Source of the DNA: Ancylonema sp.
Taxonomy: Eukaryota
Direction of reading: 5' to 3'
DNA: 64,000 bases
Assembly: GCA_050230475.1 (NCBI GenBank)
Contig: JBFLGF010000024.1
Location: 1-64,000, forward strand
Position numbers and translations under genes: made by a program. Under the pieces are notes generated by a model, which worked only from the letters and a program-made list of their open reading frames with translations, searched no databases and was not told the DNA's origin. Below, piece by piece: positions 26,555 to 38,639 of this stretch (the first letter of the stretch is position 1; every line of letters starts with the position of its first letter).

Positions 26555-28866
26555 ATGCCTCGCTTCTACTCCACCCTATTAGCGATCGTCAGTCTCATTG
26601 GTAGGGTCCAGACTGCCTTTGCGTCTGTTCCTGTCGGGCCGTCTCAAGGAGCGTATGTTGGTATCACGCCCTCGGACGCTGCCTTCCAATGTGGAGATTT
26701 TGTGGGCTATGAGTCCGCAAAACTCGGTATCACACCAGCTGTTTTTGTGCAGTTCTTCGATCTGCCCCTGGGAGATGGAGGTGTGAATAGCTTAAACGAC
26801 TTCTTCATGCAGGTAAACTTAATTTACACTTCCCGTTTGCAATCATATATGCATAAAAGTGTGCGATCAGCCATAATTGTTTGCCAGCCAGTAGTGTCTC
26901 CTCGTTACTGCGGCTGATGTTTTATGAGTGGTTCCGATCGCACGACATGAATAATGTATCCTTGGACGACCAGCCTCCTGACACGTCCGACTATGGGAGT
27001 TGCTTCAGGTATCTAGGGCCGGAGCGATCGCCTTGGTGACGATGCAGCCGAACACCGGACTATCCAGTATCACAAACTCAAGCATCCAGCCTTTCGTTGA
27101 CATCATCGTGAAGTACGAGGTGCGCTCAAAGTTGAAGCTCCTGGCAAATGAGGCTGCCTGAGCTGCCTGAGTCAAAGCACTGATAATGAAAAATAGAGAC
27201 GCTGTTGCCGCAAGTACTGATCTGATGGTCCGAGTTGACTCACAGTGTGTGTAATAGTTTGCGGGTTGTTGAGATTATTTTTCAAAATCGTATAATATAT
27301 TCTGGGACAGAGTTATGCTGTCAGTTCACACATTGATACTTCCTCGTTTATGATCATGGCTCCTTGCAGAGTCAGGGCCTGAAGTGTATCGTCCGCTATG
27401 CACATGAAATGAACGGTGTCTGGTATCCCTGGGCTCAAAAGCCTCTGGATTATGTTCCATCATATAGGCTGGTTTCGACTGCAGTCAAGACCCAGACGAA
27501 AAATACCGCCATGGCATGGACTCCTAATGATGCTGCTGGTTATCCGTTTGCTGGTGGCCAGTAAGTCGACCTGCCTTCATGATACTCTCCTGTTGATCCT
27601 GGAACTAAAGCTGGTCTTCATCAAAGCACTACCTGCTGCCAGTTTTCCGAATCAGATCACGTGCATGGTGGCAGATGCCTACGATATCATATGACTCTTG
27701 CCCTGCCAAAGATCATCAACGGGAAGTGCTGATGCTAGTTCTATATTCGGTTGCCGTATACAGGTACAGCGTCACCCCAGGAACAGCCGACTTTCACGCA
27801 CTGGATACCAATGGGGATGGGCAACTGACTATGGCGGACAACATGTACTCTCCTTACTATCCTGGCGATGAGTATGTCGATTGGGTGGGTCTGTCCATCT
27901 ACAACTTTGGCACTGGACAGACTACGTCAAGCAACTCTGTAGCGCCTGCATACAACCTCGCCCACAAGGTGAGTCAGTTTTTCAGGCGCCTGAAGTATAC
28001 TAAAAAGGCTCTGCACTTGACAATCTGGCATGGTTACCCTCTTTGTCACCTTTGCTTTAATGCTATTCTCACTCGTCGGAGACGAGTTAACCTGATTTTC
28101 GCCGTTACTCGGACATTGTGTTCACCCCCAGACATTCCTGGTTTGGTAAGCAACTGTAAAAGCTCAGATTGTTCTTTGTCCGTTTCTTTCTGCAGATTAT
28201 GGGAACTGAAATTCCTGGCGCAGGTGTGCCTAACTTCTACGATATTTTCTGTCTGCCTTCCGGGGGTAACAAAAAGATGATGCTACCCGAATCCTCTGCA
28301 GCATTCGTTGTTAGCAATGAAGTTGCTGGTCCAACTAATTTGCAGGTGAAGCAGAGCTGGTTTGAGCAACTCTACAACGGTTCACGTGAGTCACCGTCCT
28401 TTCGGTTACTTAGTTTACAGCTACAACTGATGCACATTGAAGTTCGTACTCTACCAAGGTGTTTTGTGCCCCATGCCCTTCAGATCTTTCGTACGCAGCA
28501 GGTTAGAGTGAGGACATGTTTTCTGGACCCGTCGTTTGTAGCTGACAAGTCAGTATCTGGAAACCGAGAGCCACTTGGGGGGAGACTTTGCCATAAGGTT
28601 CTGTTACTGACGAAAATCTGCTAATGATTTGCTTTGCAGCTGACAACAATGGCGTGGGAGTCAGCCTTTCCGCCAACTTTCCAAACCTGAAGCTTGTGGC
28701 TTGGTTTGATGTTATTAAGCCCGAGGCTTCGTTCAACAACAGAGTTGTGGACTGGAGCGTGTCCACCGATGCAACCATTGCTGCTGCTTTTGCAAGGTAC
28801 ATCACTGGAGGAACTGGCGGCCAGAATTACTGGAAACTGCTGAAGGATGTCGCAAATCCGCAGTAG
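26555..28866 (+). CDS. Secreted GH26 glycoside hydrolase copy 3; exons 26555-26812, 27009-27119, 27370-27560, 27764-27968, 28196-28385, 28640-28866 (~393 aa)
   Basis: RYAHEMNGVWYPW, YYPGDEYVDWVG, KKMMLPES. Exon sum is 1182 nt, in frame. Internal exon sizes are identical to copy 2. Confidence 0.86.
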
Positions 28867-31030
28867 GTGCTGTGGGAAAAGAATGATGTTAGCAAACCTT
28901 GTCGACTGGACATGGTCCACGATCGCCTTGGGATGCAGTATGCCTCTTTGGAGTCAAGCTTCTACCGTTCAAATACAAATAAATTATTGGCTTAGAGACA
29001 ATAAAGGGCTGCTGTCATCAGCCCAACTTATCTCTGAGAGTTAGGTCCGGAGTGCCTTGTGGTAGTTTCTCCATGGTTTAAGTGCATGGTAAAAACAGAA
29101 ACTCCTTGTGACCAAGGAATCAAGGATACTTAAAGTTATGGAGGGGGTTTAAAATTAGGTTTGGTATACTTTTGTTGATGGGATAGTTGTGCACTTGGAA
29201 TTTAAATTAGTGTATCTCCAAGATTGCTGAGTGTGTCGTTAAGTAGCCATATGGCTACTTAACAGCTTCAGGAGGTATATGCTAGCTGCACAGTCTACAA
29301 GTTGACTAGGTTTTTCTTGAGTGATGCATATCGAATTATTTTGGAGTATATCCCGAGCAATGAATGTCTCATCTGTCTTGAGAGGAATGTTTCATATCTG
29401 GTTATTACTAGGCTTCATTCACCATATTACACGGCATCAATAATACATGTACCAAATCACGATGCTCTTGGTTGACTTCATTTTGAACATATTCAATCTC
29501 ACATGACGGTTGTAAGTTTATGTAAGTAGGCTTTGTTTTTTGGGCATGCCAAATGGTGGAGATTTTGTAAGGGAGATTTCATATCTCAGTCGTGGAGAAA
29601 AAACAATCGTTGAGGTTTGTGGTGATATTGAAGGACTAGGACCTTTTATCATGTTTATGAGCACTTTTTCATGTGTGCAGCGTCATTCATGTCAGAAATA
29701 GACGGATTGTTGGTACATTTTTGCACGCCATGTACTTTGTCAAAACACCAACACTTGAGTGGAATGCCACCTGACACACTTCTATCAGATTAGAGCACAC
29801 GGGAGAAAGCACTGCAAAAGCCTTCTTAAATCCGCTACTCGAGAACGTCAACACCTAGAGGGTAATCAACGTAATACTTAGCGAAGGCGATTGACTTGAA
29901 AACTTAACACATTACATTATCTTCGCCCCCCACGTACTGAATTTTTGTTCTTGCAACTGCATACATGTATGAAGCCTCTCGGCTAGAGTAGGACTAGCTA
30001 GTGGCCTTGTGCACACCATAGCGGTTCCCAACCCCCCCGAACCCCAATTCGGGTGGCCGCCGGATAGGAGGTACGTAGATCGGATCGAGCCCATTGGTGG
30101 GTCCCGGACGGCCTTGGGACCGCACCCAATATTGTATCGGGCATTTATCGTCCCGGACACGTCCGAAGATTCCCTCTACGGTCCAATGACCAACTACGAT
30201 CAAGCGTGAACAATAAACAAATATTGTCGTGTTCCGAAGTCCAACACAAGTGGACATGGCTAGGTAGAGTGTGTTGAAGTCCGCTTCCTATGTCCTTATG
30301 TAAGTCCCATGTCGATAGAGTTAACGCGTCCATGCACGTAAGTGTCCAATTGCAGTGTTTGATAGACGATAGCCGCCCTCATTTGGAATTAAGGAGCCAT
30401 TGCATTCCTCCTAAAACATAAATAACAAATAAATACATTACGAATTTTGGAAGGATACATCGTTTGGGCACCTCTGATTTGAAAACAATTTAAACAGGCG
30501 AAACATGTCGTTATGTCAAGGGGAGTCGTAACATTGACGGTCGTTATATTTTAGGGAAGACTTCAAAGTAAACCCTTTATATAGTCATTTTTATAGCCAT
30601 TCCTTTGCCATACCTTAGAAAGCTGCAAACAAGGTTGCACGACTTGCCAAACGTGTCCGACATGTTGCTCAGTGGGCGATTTCGACTCGAAAAGACCACA
30701 CTCGCATTTGCTCGGGGAACTCTGGCCACTCATATAACGGGATTCTCGCGTCATCGAAGTTGATTTGGCTCGGGGTCGCCCAATTCGCCGAACGAGTCCA
30801 ACTCGGGCCGAGTGCGCCTCGACTAAGATTCTTATGACGTGCGGTTTGGAGTCGGCCGAACGGAATGATGTTCTCAATACTTTGTCACGATAGTTCTCGA
30901 ATGTTCTCAGAATGATGCATGTGGTAATGCTCGTGGTGGTGTAGCGATGATGTCGACTGAGTTGGTATCGATGATGTTCGTAGGTGGTAGAAGTGTCTGT
31001 GATGGACTTGGTGGTCCGGCTGTTCTCACT

Positions 31031-32425
31031 TCATCGATATCAACTCAGTCGACATCATCGCTACACCACCACGAGCATTGCCACATGCATCATTCTGAGA
31101 ACATTCGAGAACTATCGTGACAAAGTATTGAGAACATCATTCCGTTCGGCCGACTCCAAACCGCACGTCAGCTGTCATGACGCTAGAGATCGCTAAGGCG
31201 AAAACCCCTCTAGATTGATCATAAACTCCTCTAGATTAATACTCCTCTATAACGAGAGTATTCGATATAACGGTTTTTACAATTAGTACTTTACAAGAAA
31301 AATAGTGAAGTACGAAATTTGTACGACTCGAGAATAACGCGTGGCGTATTTTCCGAAGTCTAGAATCCAGCAGTTCAACAAATAGCTACGTGTCGATTTT
31401 TGTTAAAATCACAAGTCACTTTCGACTTGTCGATAATCCCGGCGATTAAATATAGTTGTAGAACTAGAGTAATATCTAGCGCCGTTTCATCGTAGCGCCG
31501 GGATTAATTGTAATGTTATAGAAGCCAGCCTGTCGTTACCTTCGATAGCTTAACTCAGGTTAATTATGTCGGTTAGCACCGCGCAACAACTTTGGAGATA
31601 AAAGTCAATTGTACTTTCACATATGCCAGCTTCCGCTGTCAGATTGCGCTGCTAAGATATCCCTTCCAACCATCTCCGGTGTTATCTGAATCCTTGCAAT
31701 TGTGTGAATATTGCATCCTTTCACTTACGCGACTTCGCAACGTGCTCGTCTATCGTCTCAGCCTGACATCCGTTAGCCAGACGGTAAGTTATGCAAATCA
31801 TTCTTTGCAATCTGCGTGTGTGTATTAGCTGGCAGATCTGAAAGTACAATTGACTTTTATCTCAAAATTTGTTGTGCGGTGCTAACCGGCATAGTTAACT
31901 AGAGTTAAGCTATCGAAGGTAACGACAGGCTGGCTTCTATAACATTACAATTAATCTCGGCGCTACGATGAAACGGTGCGAGATATTACTCTAGTTCTAC
32001 GACTGGATTTAATCGCCGGGATTATCGACAAGTCGAAATTGACTTGTGATTTTTAAAAAAATCGACACGTAGCTATTTGTTGAACTGCTGGATTCTAGAC
32101 TTCGGAAAATACGCCACGCGTTATTTTCGAGTCGTACAAATTTCGTACTTCACTATTTTTCTTGTAAAGTACTAATTGTAAAAACTGTTATATCGAATAC
32201 TCTCGTTATAGAGGAGTATTAATCTAGAGGAGTTTCTGATCAATCCAGAGGGGTTTCCGCCTTAGCGATCTCTAGCGTCATGACAACTCACGTGCGTTTT
32301 GGAGTCGGCCGAGCGGAATGATGTTCTCAATACTTTGTCACGATAGTTCTCGAATGTTCTCAGAATAATGCATGTGGTAATGCTCGTGGTGGTGTAGCGA
32401 TGATGTCGGCTGAGTTGATATGGAT
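31031..32425. repeat. Large inverted repeat of partial A + gc + 5' half of B (arms ~31031-31630 and ~31827-32425)
   Basis: Plus-strand CCGCACGTCA-GC-TGTCATGACGCTAGAG at 31161-31188 mirrors the minus-strand copy at ~32270-32297. The arms match over ~600 bp. Confidence 0.88.
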
Positions 32426-34069
32426 AATGTTCGTAGGTGGTAGAAGGGTCTGTGGTGGACTTGGTGGTCCGGCTGCTCTCACTCCCCCCCCCCACCGATG
32501 GAACGCTTGTGAAGGAGCTGGGAAACAGTAGCAGACGAGTTGGTGTAAGGACATGAGAAAAGTACGCCGTGGTTGAGGGGTAGTACTGTGAGTTGAGGGT
32601 AAGACTGACGTGTTGTTTGGAGACGGCCGCCTAAAATGATAGTCTTCATACTTTGTCACCTTTCTTGAACGGAAGTTCTCTCTTTTGATGTCCTCATAAC
32701 TTCTTCTTCTCTAAGTTCTGAATGTTGATCATTTCATATAGTCACAATCTCGTATCGATGAATGTTGGTAATATCTCATAAAGTCACAATGTGGTATTGT
32801 GTTGCTCTCACTAAGTAGTATTGCAGATAGAGTCTCTGCTGAGATACCAATATTATATATATCACACGTCTCAGCGGTCTGGTGAAATTCACTACTTAAC
32901 GCTGAGGGCAAGCTAACAAATGGTTTATAGTACAAAAGTCTGTGAAAATACTATAAAGCAAACAAGATAGTCTAGTGCAGACTATCAAGGTTAGCAGCCG
33001 GCAGACTATCAAGGTTAGCAGCCGTAAGAGTTACTTTGCGCGTCGATAAAAGATGCTAGTTCAGAAAGAGCGTCAGCAGACAAATGTAAACAACAAATGT
33101 TGGCTCGGAGCGAGCGACAACAAACGCACACACACAAATGAAATTGCCGGTTCGGAGCGAACGCATGCAACTCGACAGATGCTTTTCACACACACACACG
33201 CTTGCTGGCTCAGAGAGAGCGTCATCGAATCGATGTAAGAAATTGTAGTCGATATCACAGCTGGCTCAGAAATAGCGTCTGCAACAAATTCAGATGAATC
33301 ACGAATACACACACACACAGATTGCAAAGAATGATTTGCAAACTTACTGCCTGGCTGACAGATGTCACGTTGAGACGAAAGACGAGCACGTTGCGAAGTC
33401 GCGTAAGCGAAGGGATGCAATACTCACAGATTTGCAAGGATTCAGATAACACATAATATTTTTTGGAATAGATTTCTTAACAGCGCAATCTGACAACGGA
33501 AGCTGGCAGATCTGAAAGTACAAATTGTCTTTTATCACAAAGTTGTTGCACGGTGCTAACCGGCAGAGTTAACTAGAGTTAAATTGTCGAAGATAGCGAG
33601 AGACTCGCTTCTAGAACATTACAATTAATCTCGGCGCTCCGATGAAAATGGCGCGAGATATCACTCTAGTTCTACGGCTGGATTTAATCGCCGAGATTAT
33701 TGACAAGTCGAAAGGGACTTGTGATTTTAACAAAATCGACACGCAGCTATTTGTTGAAGACTGCTGGATTCTAGACTTCGGAAAATACGCCACGCGTTAT
33801 TTTCTCGAGTCGTACAAATTTCGTACTTCACTATTTTTTCTCTAGCAAAGTACTAATTCTAGAAAATCGTTATATTAGCAAAGTATTAATCGTCATACTT
33901 TGTCACCTTTCTTGAATTGAAGTTCTCTCTTTTGATGTCCTCATAACTTCTTCTTCTCTAAGTTTTGAATGTTGATCATCTCATATAGTCACAATCTCGT
34001 ATCGATAAATGTTGGTAATATCTCATAAAGTCACAATGTGGTATTGTGTTGCTCACACTCCCCCCCCCC

Positions 34070-35170
34070 AGTTGCGAAATGGTAGTGTAAGAACTGGGTA
34101 TCACGAGCACCGTTCGCCTCTGTGGTCAGGACATAACCATGCATCTTCGGGTATTGTTTTGAGCCGGGGTGTGAGACAATAGATGTGGTAGCCATCGTTA
34201 GAGTCGTCACACAAAATGAGATGTTTCTCATCGTTGCGTGAACCGCATTGTCTGCAAAATGTAGGGTCAGAGTTGTTGAAGAGACTTGTGTCAATCTTAT
34301 AATCTTTGATGGAGAGAGTGCAGGGTGAAATGTTTTTCATTTGTTCCCAGATGCGGCGTCCATCTTTGCCCTGTAACTGCACATTTCCAGAGGGTCGGAT
34401 TTGTCTAATCCGGAGGATTTGTGGATGTGTTTTGATGTCAAGTGTGCCTTTGGTTTGGCGTTTCACATATTGATGGGCGAGGTCGTGCCCATGCACCACT
34501 GTGTACCCGGAAGTATTGATGCCTGTCTCGTTGTCATGTAATGGCAAGGTTGCGCGTTGCGAGAGGCATGACTTCCTCCAAAAGTTTACTACGTTCCAGA
34601 ATGAATTTTGGTAATTCTTTGAGTGCCTCAAGTAAGGGGTCATGTTCAGCTGCCTGTATTTGTGCCTGGAAGATAGGGTGTCCTCCATACAGCAAATAGT
34701 ATGGTGAATACCCGGTAGAGGCCTGTTTTGTCATGCGGTACCCCATGGCGACATAAGGTAGGTAAATGTCCCAATCCGTGCCCGTGCGATGTTATTTTAG
34801 GAGGATTTTCTTTAAAGATAGTTTCATCGTTTGAACCATGCGTTCTGCTAACCCATCAGATTGTTCTCGGGCTGCAGTACGATGTGTAATTCGAAGTCCG
34901 ACAAGTAAGTCAGTGAATGCCCCTTCAAATTCCGCGCCTTGGTCGGTGATGATTTCACCAGGGGCTCCAAAACGAGACAGGACATGAGTGAGTAAATCAT
35001 GTTAGGTTGGTTTGGAAGATTTGTCAGGTAAAGCGATAAGTTCGTTCCATTTGGTGAAATGTTCAATGAAGATCATCACGTATTGGTTTTTACATGTACT
35101 TTCTGGCATAGGTCCAGCGAAATCAACTCCCTATCGATAGAAGAGTCCCCGAATTGGTAATGGTTGTAGT
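34070..35170 (-). pseudogene. Integrase core + PHD finger (disrupted)
   Basis: [65 protein letters not shown]. Confidence 0.88.
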
Positions 35171-35419
35171 TGGCAAACGTCCATCAACAAAGTTTGTTTT
35201 AACATCTTCTGGTTGTGGTGTACCTTGGTGAAAACTTAGAAAGTATGATCGTGCACTTAGACCCGTAGGTGAAGTATGCATGTAGTAGCAAGGTGTTTTC
35301 TCCCCTAATGTTTCAATCTCATGGTTGTCAGTGGCTGTCTCTGGTGATGGACAGCGACTGCACCCGTCGGCATTGGAGTTTGCAACACCATGGAGATGAA
35401 TCACCTCAAATTCATACTC

Positions 35420-36720
35420 CTAAAGTAAGAGTGCCCAACGCGCAAGTTTGCCGGTGAGTTTGGTGGTTGTCATGATCCATTTGAGGGGTGCATGATCGGT
35501 AATGAGGGTGAATGGTTTACCAAACAAAAACTGACGAAAATGTTGCACCGCCCAAATGACAGCAAGACACTCTCTGTGGAAGCTACTGTAGTTCCGTTCC
35601 GCATTGTTACAACTGCGACTAGCAAATGCGACTGCATATTCGGTACCATCATCATCTGTTTGACTCAACACAGCACCTAAACCATGTGCACTCCAGTCGG
35701 TTGCTAACAGGTATGGTTTATTTGTATCTGGTCGGCGGAGTACAAGTTCTAAACATAGTGCCTGCTTAAGTTCGATAAAGGCTGTCTCTTGAGTCTCGTC
35801 CCAGTGCCATTTGACATCCCCTTTTAGAAGCCCGTTGAGTTGGGAAGCAATCGTGGAGAAGTGTGGAACGAACTTGCGGTAATACGAAAACAACCCTAGA
35901 GCAGCACGAAGTTGATGAATATCCTTAGGTGTCGGCATATCCTTAATAGCTCTGGTTTTCTACTCTTGTGGTGCAATACCTTTCCCAGATATCTTATGGC
36001 CTAAAAAATCCATTTCATCCGCAAAGAATAAGCACTTACGTGGATGACATTTCAACTTGAATTGCCGAAGGCGATGAAAGACTTGTCGAAGGTGTTGAAG
36101 GTGGTCCTCGAAAGTATTGCTCCAGTTGCTGATGTCATCAATGTAGCATCGCGAGTTGCGAAGTCTTGCCAAAATCCGATTCATGGTACGTTGGAAGAAT
36201 AGTGGTGCATTCTTGAGTCCATATGGTACGATATTCCATTCATAAAGTTGACGGTCAGCTCCCCAAAATGCAGTTTTGTATTCGTCCGTTTCAGAGATAG
36301 GGATCTGGTGGTATCCTTGTCTTAAATCCAATTTGGTAATTTTTTTCGCATCTTTCATGTCTTGAAAGATGTCCTCAAATCTTGGAAGCTGATACTTGTT
36401 GGGCGTGGTTGTTGATAGGTCGATAATCACCACACTGGCGAAAGTCTGTTAGTTGTCCATTCTCGTCCTTCTTTCGTACTACGACGGTTACCGAGGCGTA
36501 ATTATTACTGTCACTTGTGCGAATCATGCCTACATCTAGGAGTTTTTGATAGTTTTCGCGAACAAAACTCCATTCGGTGTCGGAAATACGATGGGAGTTT
36601 TGAAAGATTGGTTGAGTTGTTTGCAACGGAATTTCCACCGGAGTATTGTTGGATGGAAGTAGCTCTTCTAGAGAAAATGCAAAGACATCGCGGTTTTCCT
36701 CCAAAAGGTCAATAACTTGG
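35420..36720 (-). pseudogene. Ty3/Gypsy reverse transcriptase + RNase H (disrupted)
   Basis: FRQCGDYRPIN, KLDLRQGYHQI, VPYGLKNAP, CYIDDI, FLGHKIS, ALGLFSYYRKFV, LATDWS, ITDHAPL. Confidence 0.93.
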
Positions 36721-37049
36721 AGTTTTTGTTCCTCCGTAAGATTGTTGCCATTTTTCCATGTAATGGGTTTCACCTCAGTTTTTGGTAATGAATCTGGGTT
36801 GGATGGAATCATGTTGTCATCGGTGACATTTGTTGATTGGTAATCGGTTTTACTCAATAGTGCTTGAGTGATAGGAATTGCATCCCGAGCAAGTTGACGT
36901 TGCTCAGTTGAAGTATGATGCTGGTGATTCCTATTGTTATAAAACTCATTGGTTGCCGAATCGTAATGAGTTGTGTGGTATAATGGAGCAATAGAGTAGT
37001 TGCCCCCCCCCCTGTCCTTGGTTGGCAAGGTGGGATGTGTACCCTATGC

Positions 37050-38070
37050 AAGGCTGTAAGATGGGAGTGCATGGATAGCCATGAGAATGCCTCCCAACCA
37101 TTTAGCCATGTTGCGATCCATTGTGCGTCCCAGCATTGCTTTCCGAGTATTCTCCGAAATGCTTGGTGCACATGTATCTCCATTGTCAAAACCCATGAGT
37201 CGCTCACGTTTTCCCAAACATTCGCTTCCTCCCAGTCATGTCTTTCCGTGTTGTAATGCATTCTAGGGCCTGGTTGATTGTACCTTTGAAACTTAACTTG
37301 GTAACTGCATGGGTACGAGACAAGTGTCGGTAGTGCACGACGTAGTTCGCCAGTTTTGTTAACTGGAGTGAATGGTGGTTCATCATCTTTAAGTACCTTG
37401 TTAGGTCGATGATGTGTCAAGAATGGTTGACAACGGTGGTAATTTCGGGGTGTCAGGAATAGCCAGTTCCAATACATCTCGTGATATCCAGTTTGTCCAG
37501 ATGCATCGAACATGGTGGGCTGTGCTACCGAAACTGCATGCGTCGGCAACTGCTAGAAAGCCCAAAAATGACTTGATGAGTGTAGTTGTATCTAGAATTT
37601 CCTTGACCAGATCTCCAAATGGATATGTGTTTTCCAAAATAAATACTGGTGGGTATTTTTGGACTCTAATGAGATGGTTGATGGCTCGAATAAGGTCAAA
37701 AAAATATGGAAATCGTCGATCATAGTAGCCTTTGCCTTGTCTAGATTTGCTGACCATCTGACATTCCCATCCCGCGAAGATGAAGTAAATAGGTCCTCGT
37801 TGTAAGATCAGTTCATCCAGATCGTCGTTTGATATTTTGGAAATATCATGAGAAAGTCGAGTGTCGAAACCTTTAATTGCAGTGGTTGGCAATCGTCCTA
37901 GGTATCGAACTTGAAGTTTGGGTAATGTTGCACGAGTGATGTCACGTGCGTCTTGGTCAATGTCACTGTGGGTATATGTACCAATGTTGTTTCCAGCTTC
38001 AAGGTGCATGATAGCGCCAACTGCAACTCATGCCACCAAAAGGTTCCAAATGTGTAAACCATATTGCAGC
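37050..38070 (-). pseudogene. C5 cytosine DNA methyltransferase domain within Gypsy pol (frameshifted)
   Basis: Motifs in canonical order: I HIWNL(F)GGM (across a 1-nt slip), II SDID, III HDISKI, IV FAGWECQ, VI FILENT, VII ADACSFG, VIII HHVRCIWTN, IX RERLMGF, X LGRTMD. Confidence 0.82.
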
Positions 38071-38639
38071 GCCTTAGGTTGTAACCGTGCTGTATAAGAT
38101 GGGTCAATTGGTACAGCATCGCGAATCGGTATACCTTTCCATGTGTTCCATTGTGGTAATGACTGGTTTTGTATTTTGTCGATGGCCTTGCGCAAATACT
38201 GTGCGCTGTTGATACGCAAAGTTGTAAGTTTGTTGACTGCATGGTGCTCATTTACTTGTGCCATTGTTATGGCTACCGCATTAAGTTGTGGTCGATGCGC
38301 TTGACGAATGTCTGTATGTTTGGTTGTAGCAAGGTAAACCATGGTATTGGTTTCCCATTCCTGCATCTTGAGGTTGGTACTCATTGTCGATGGGTCCATC
38401 TGGAAAATGTTGTGGTTCGTGGTACACACCTTCTTCCACGATACGAAACTCAAAATCTGTCAAAATGTCGGCTTCTTCTGTTGAATGTAACAAATCCTCG
38501 TGCGGAATTTGCATGAACGTGTCACCAGAAGTGTAAATAACACCTTCATCCATGTATTGACAATGCACCGATGCCGCGTGTGTCAAGGTGTATTTGAATG
38601 GAATTGAGGCACGGTGTGTACCCTATTTCTACCACTCGA

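Noticed and set aside
29040..30830. Possible LINE/LTR remnants downstream of GH26 copy 3
   Set aside because: No motif or terminal structure I can support by eye.
37050..38070. Bacterial restriction-modification gene or contamination
   Set aside because: Contiguous with Gypsy protease and RT, inside a TSD-bounded element among spliced eukaryotic genes.
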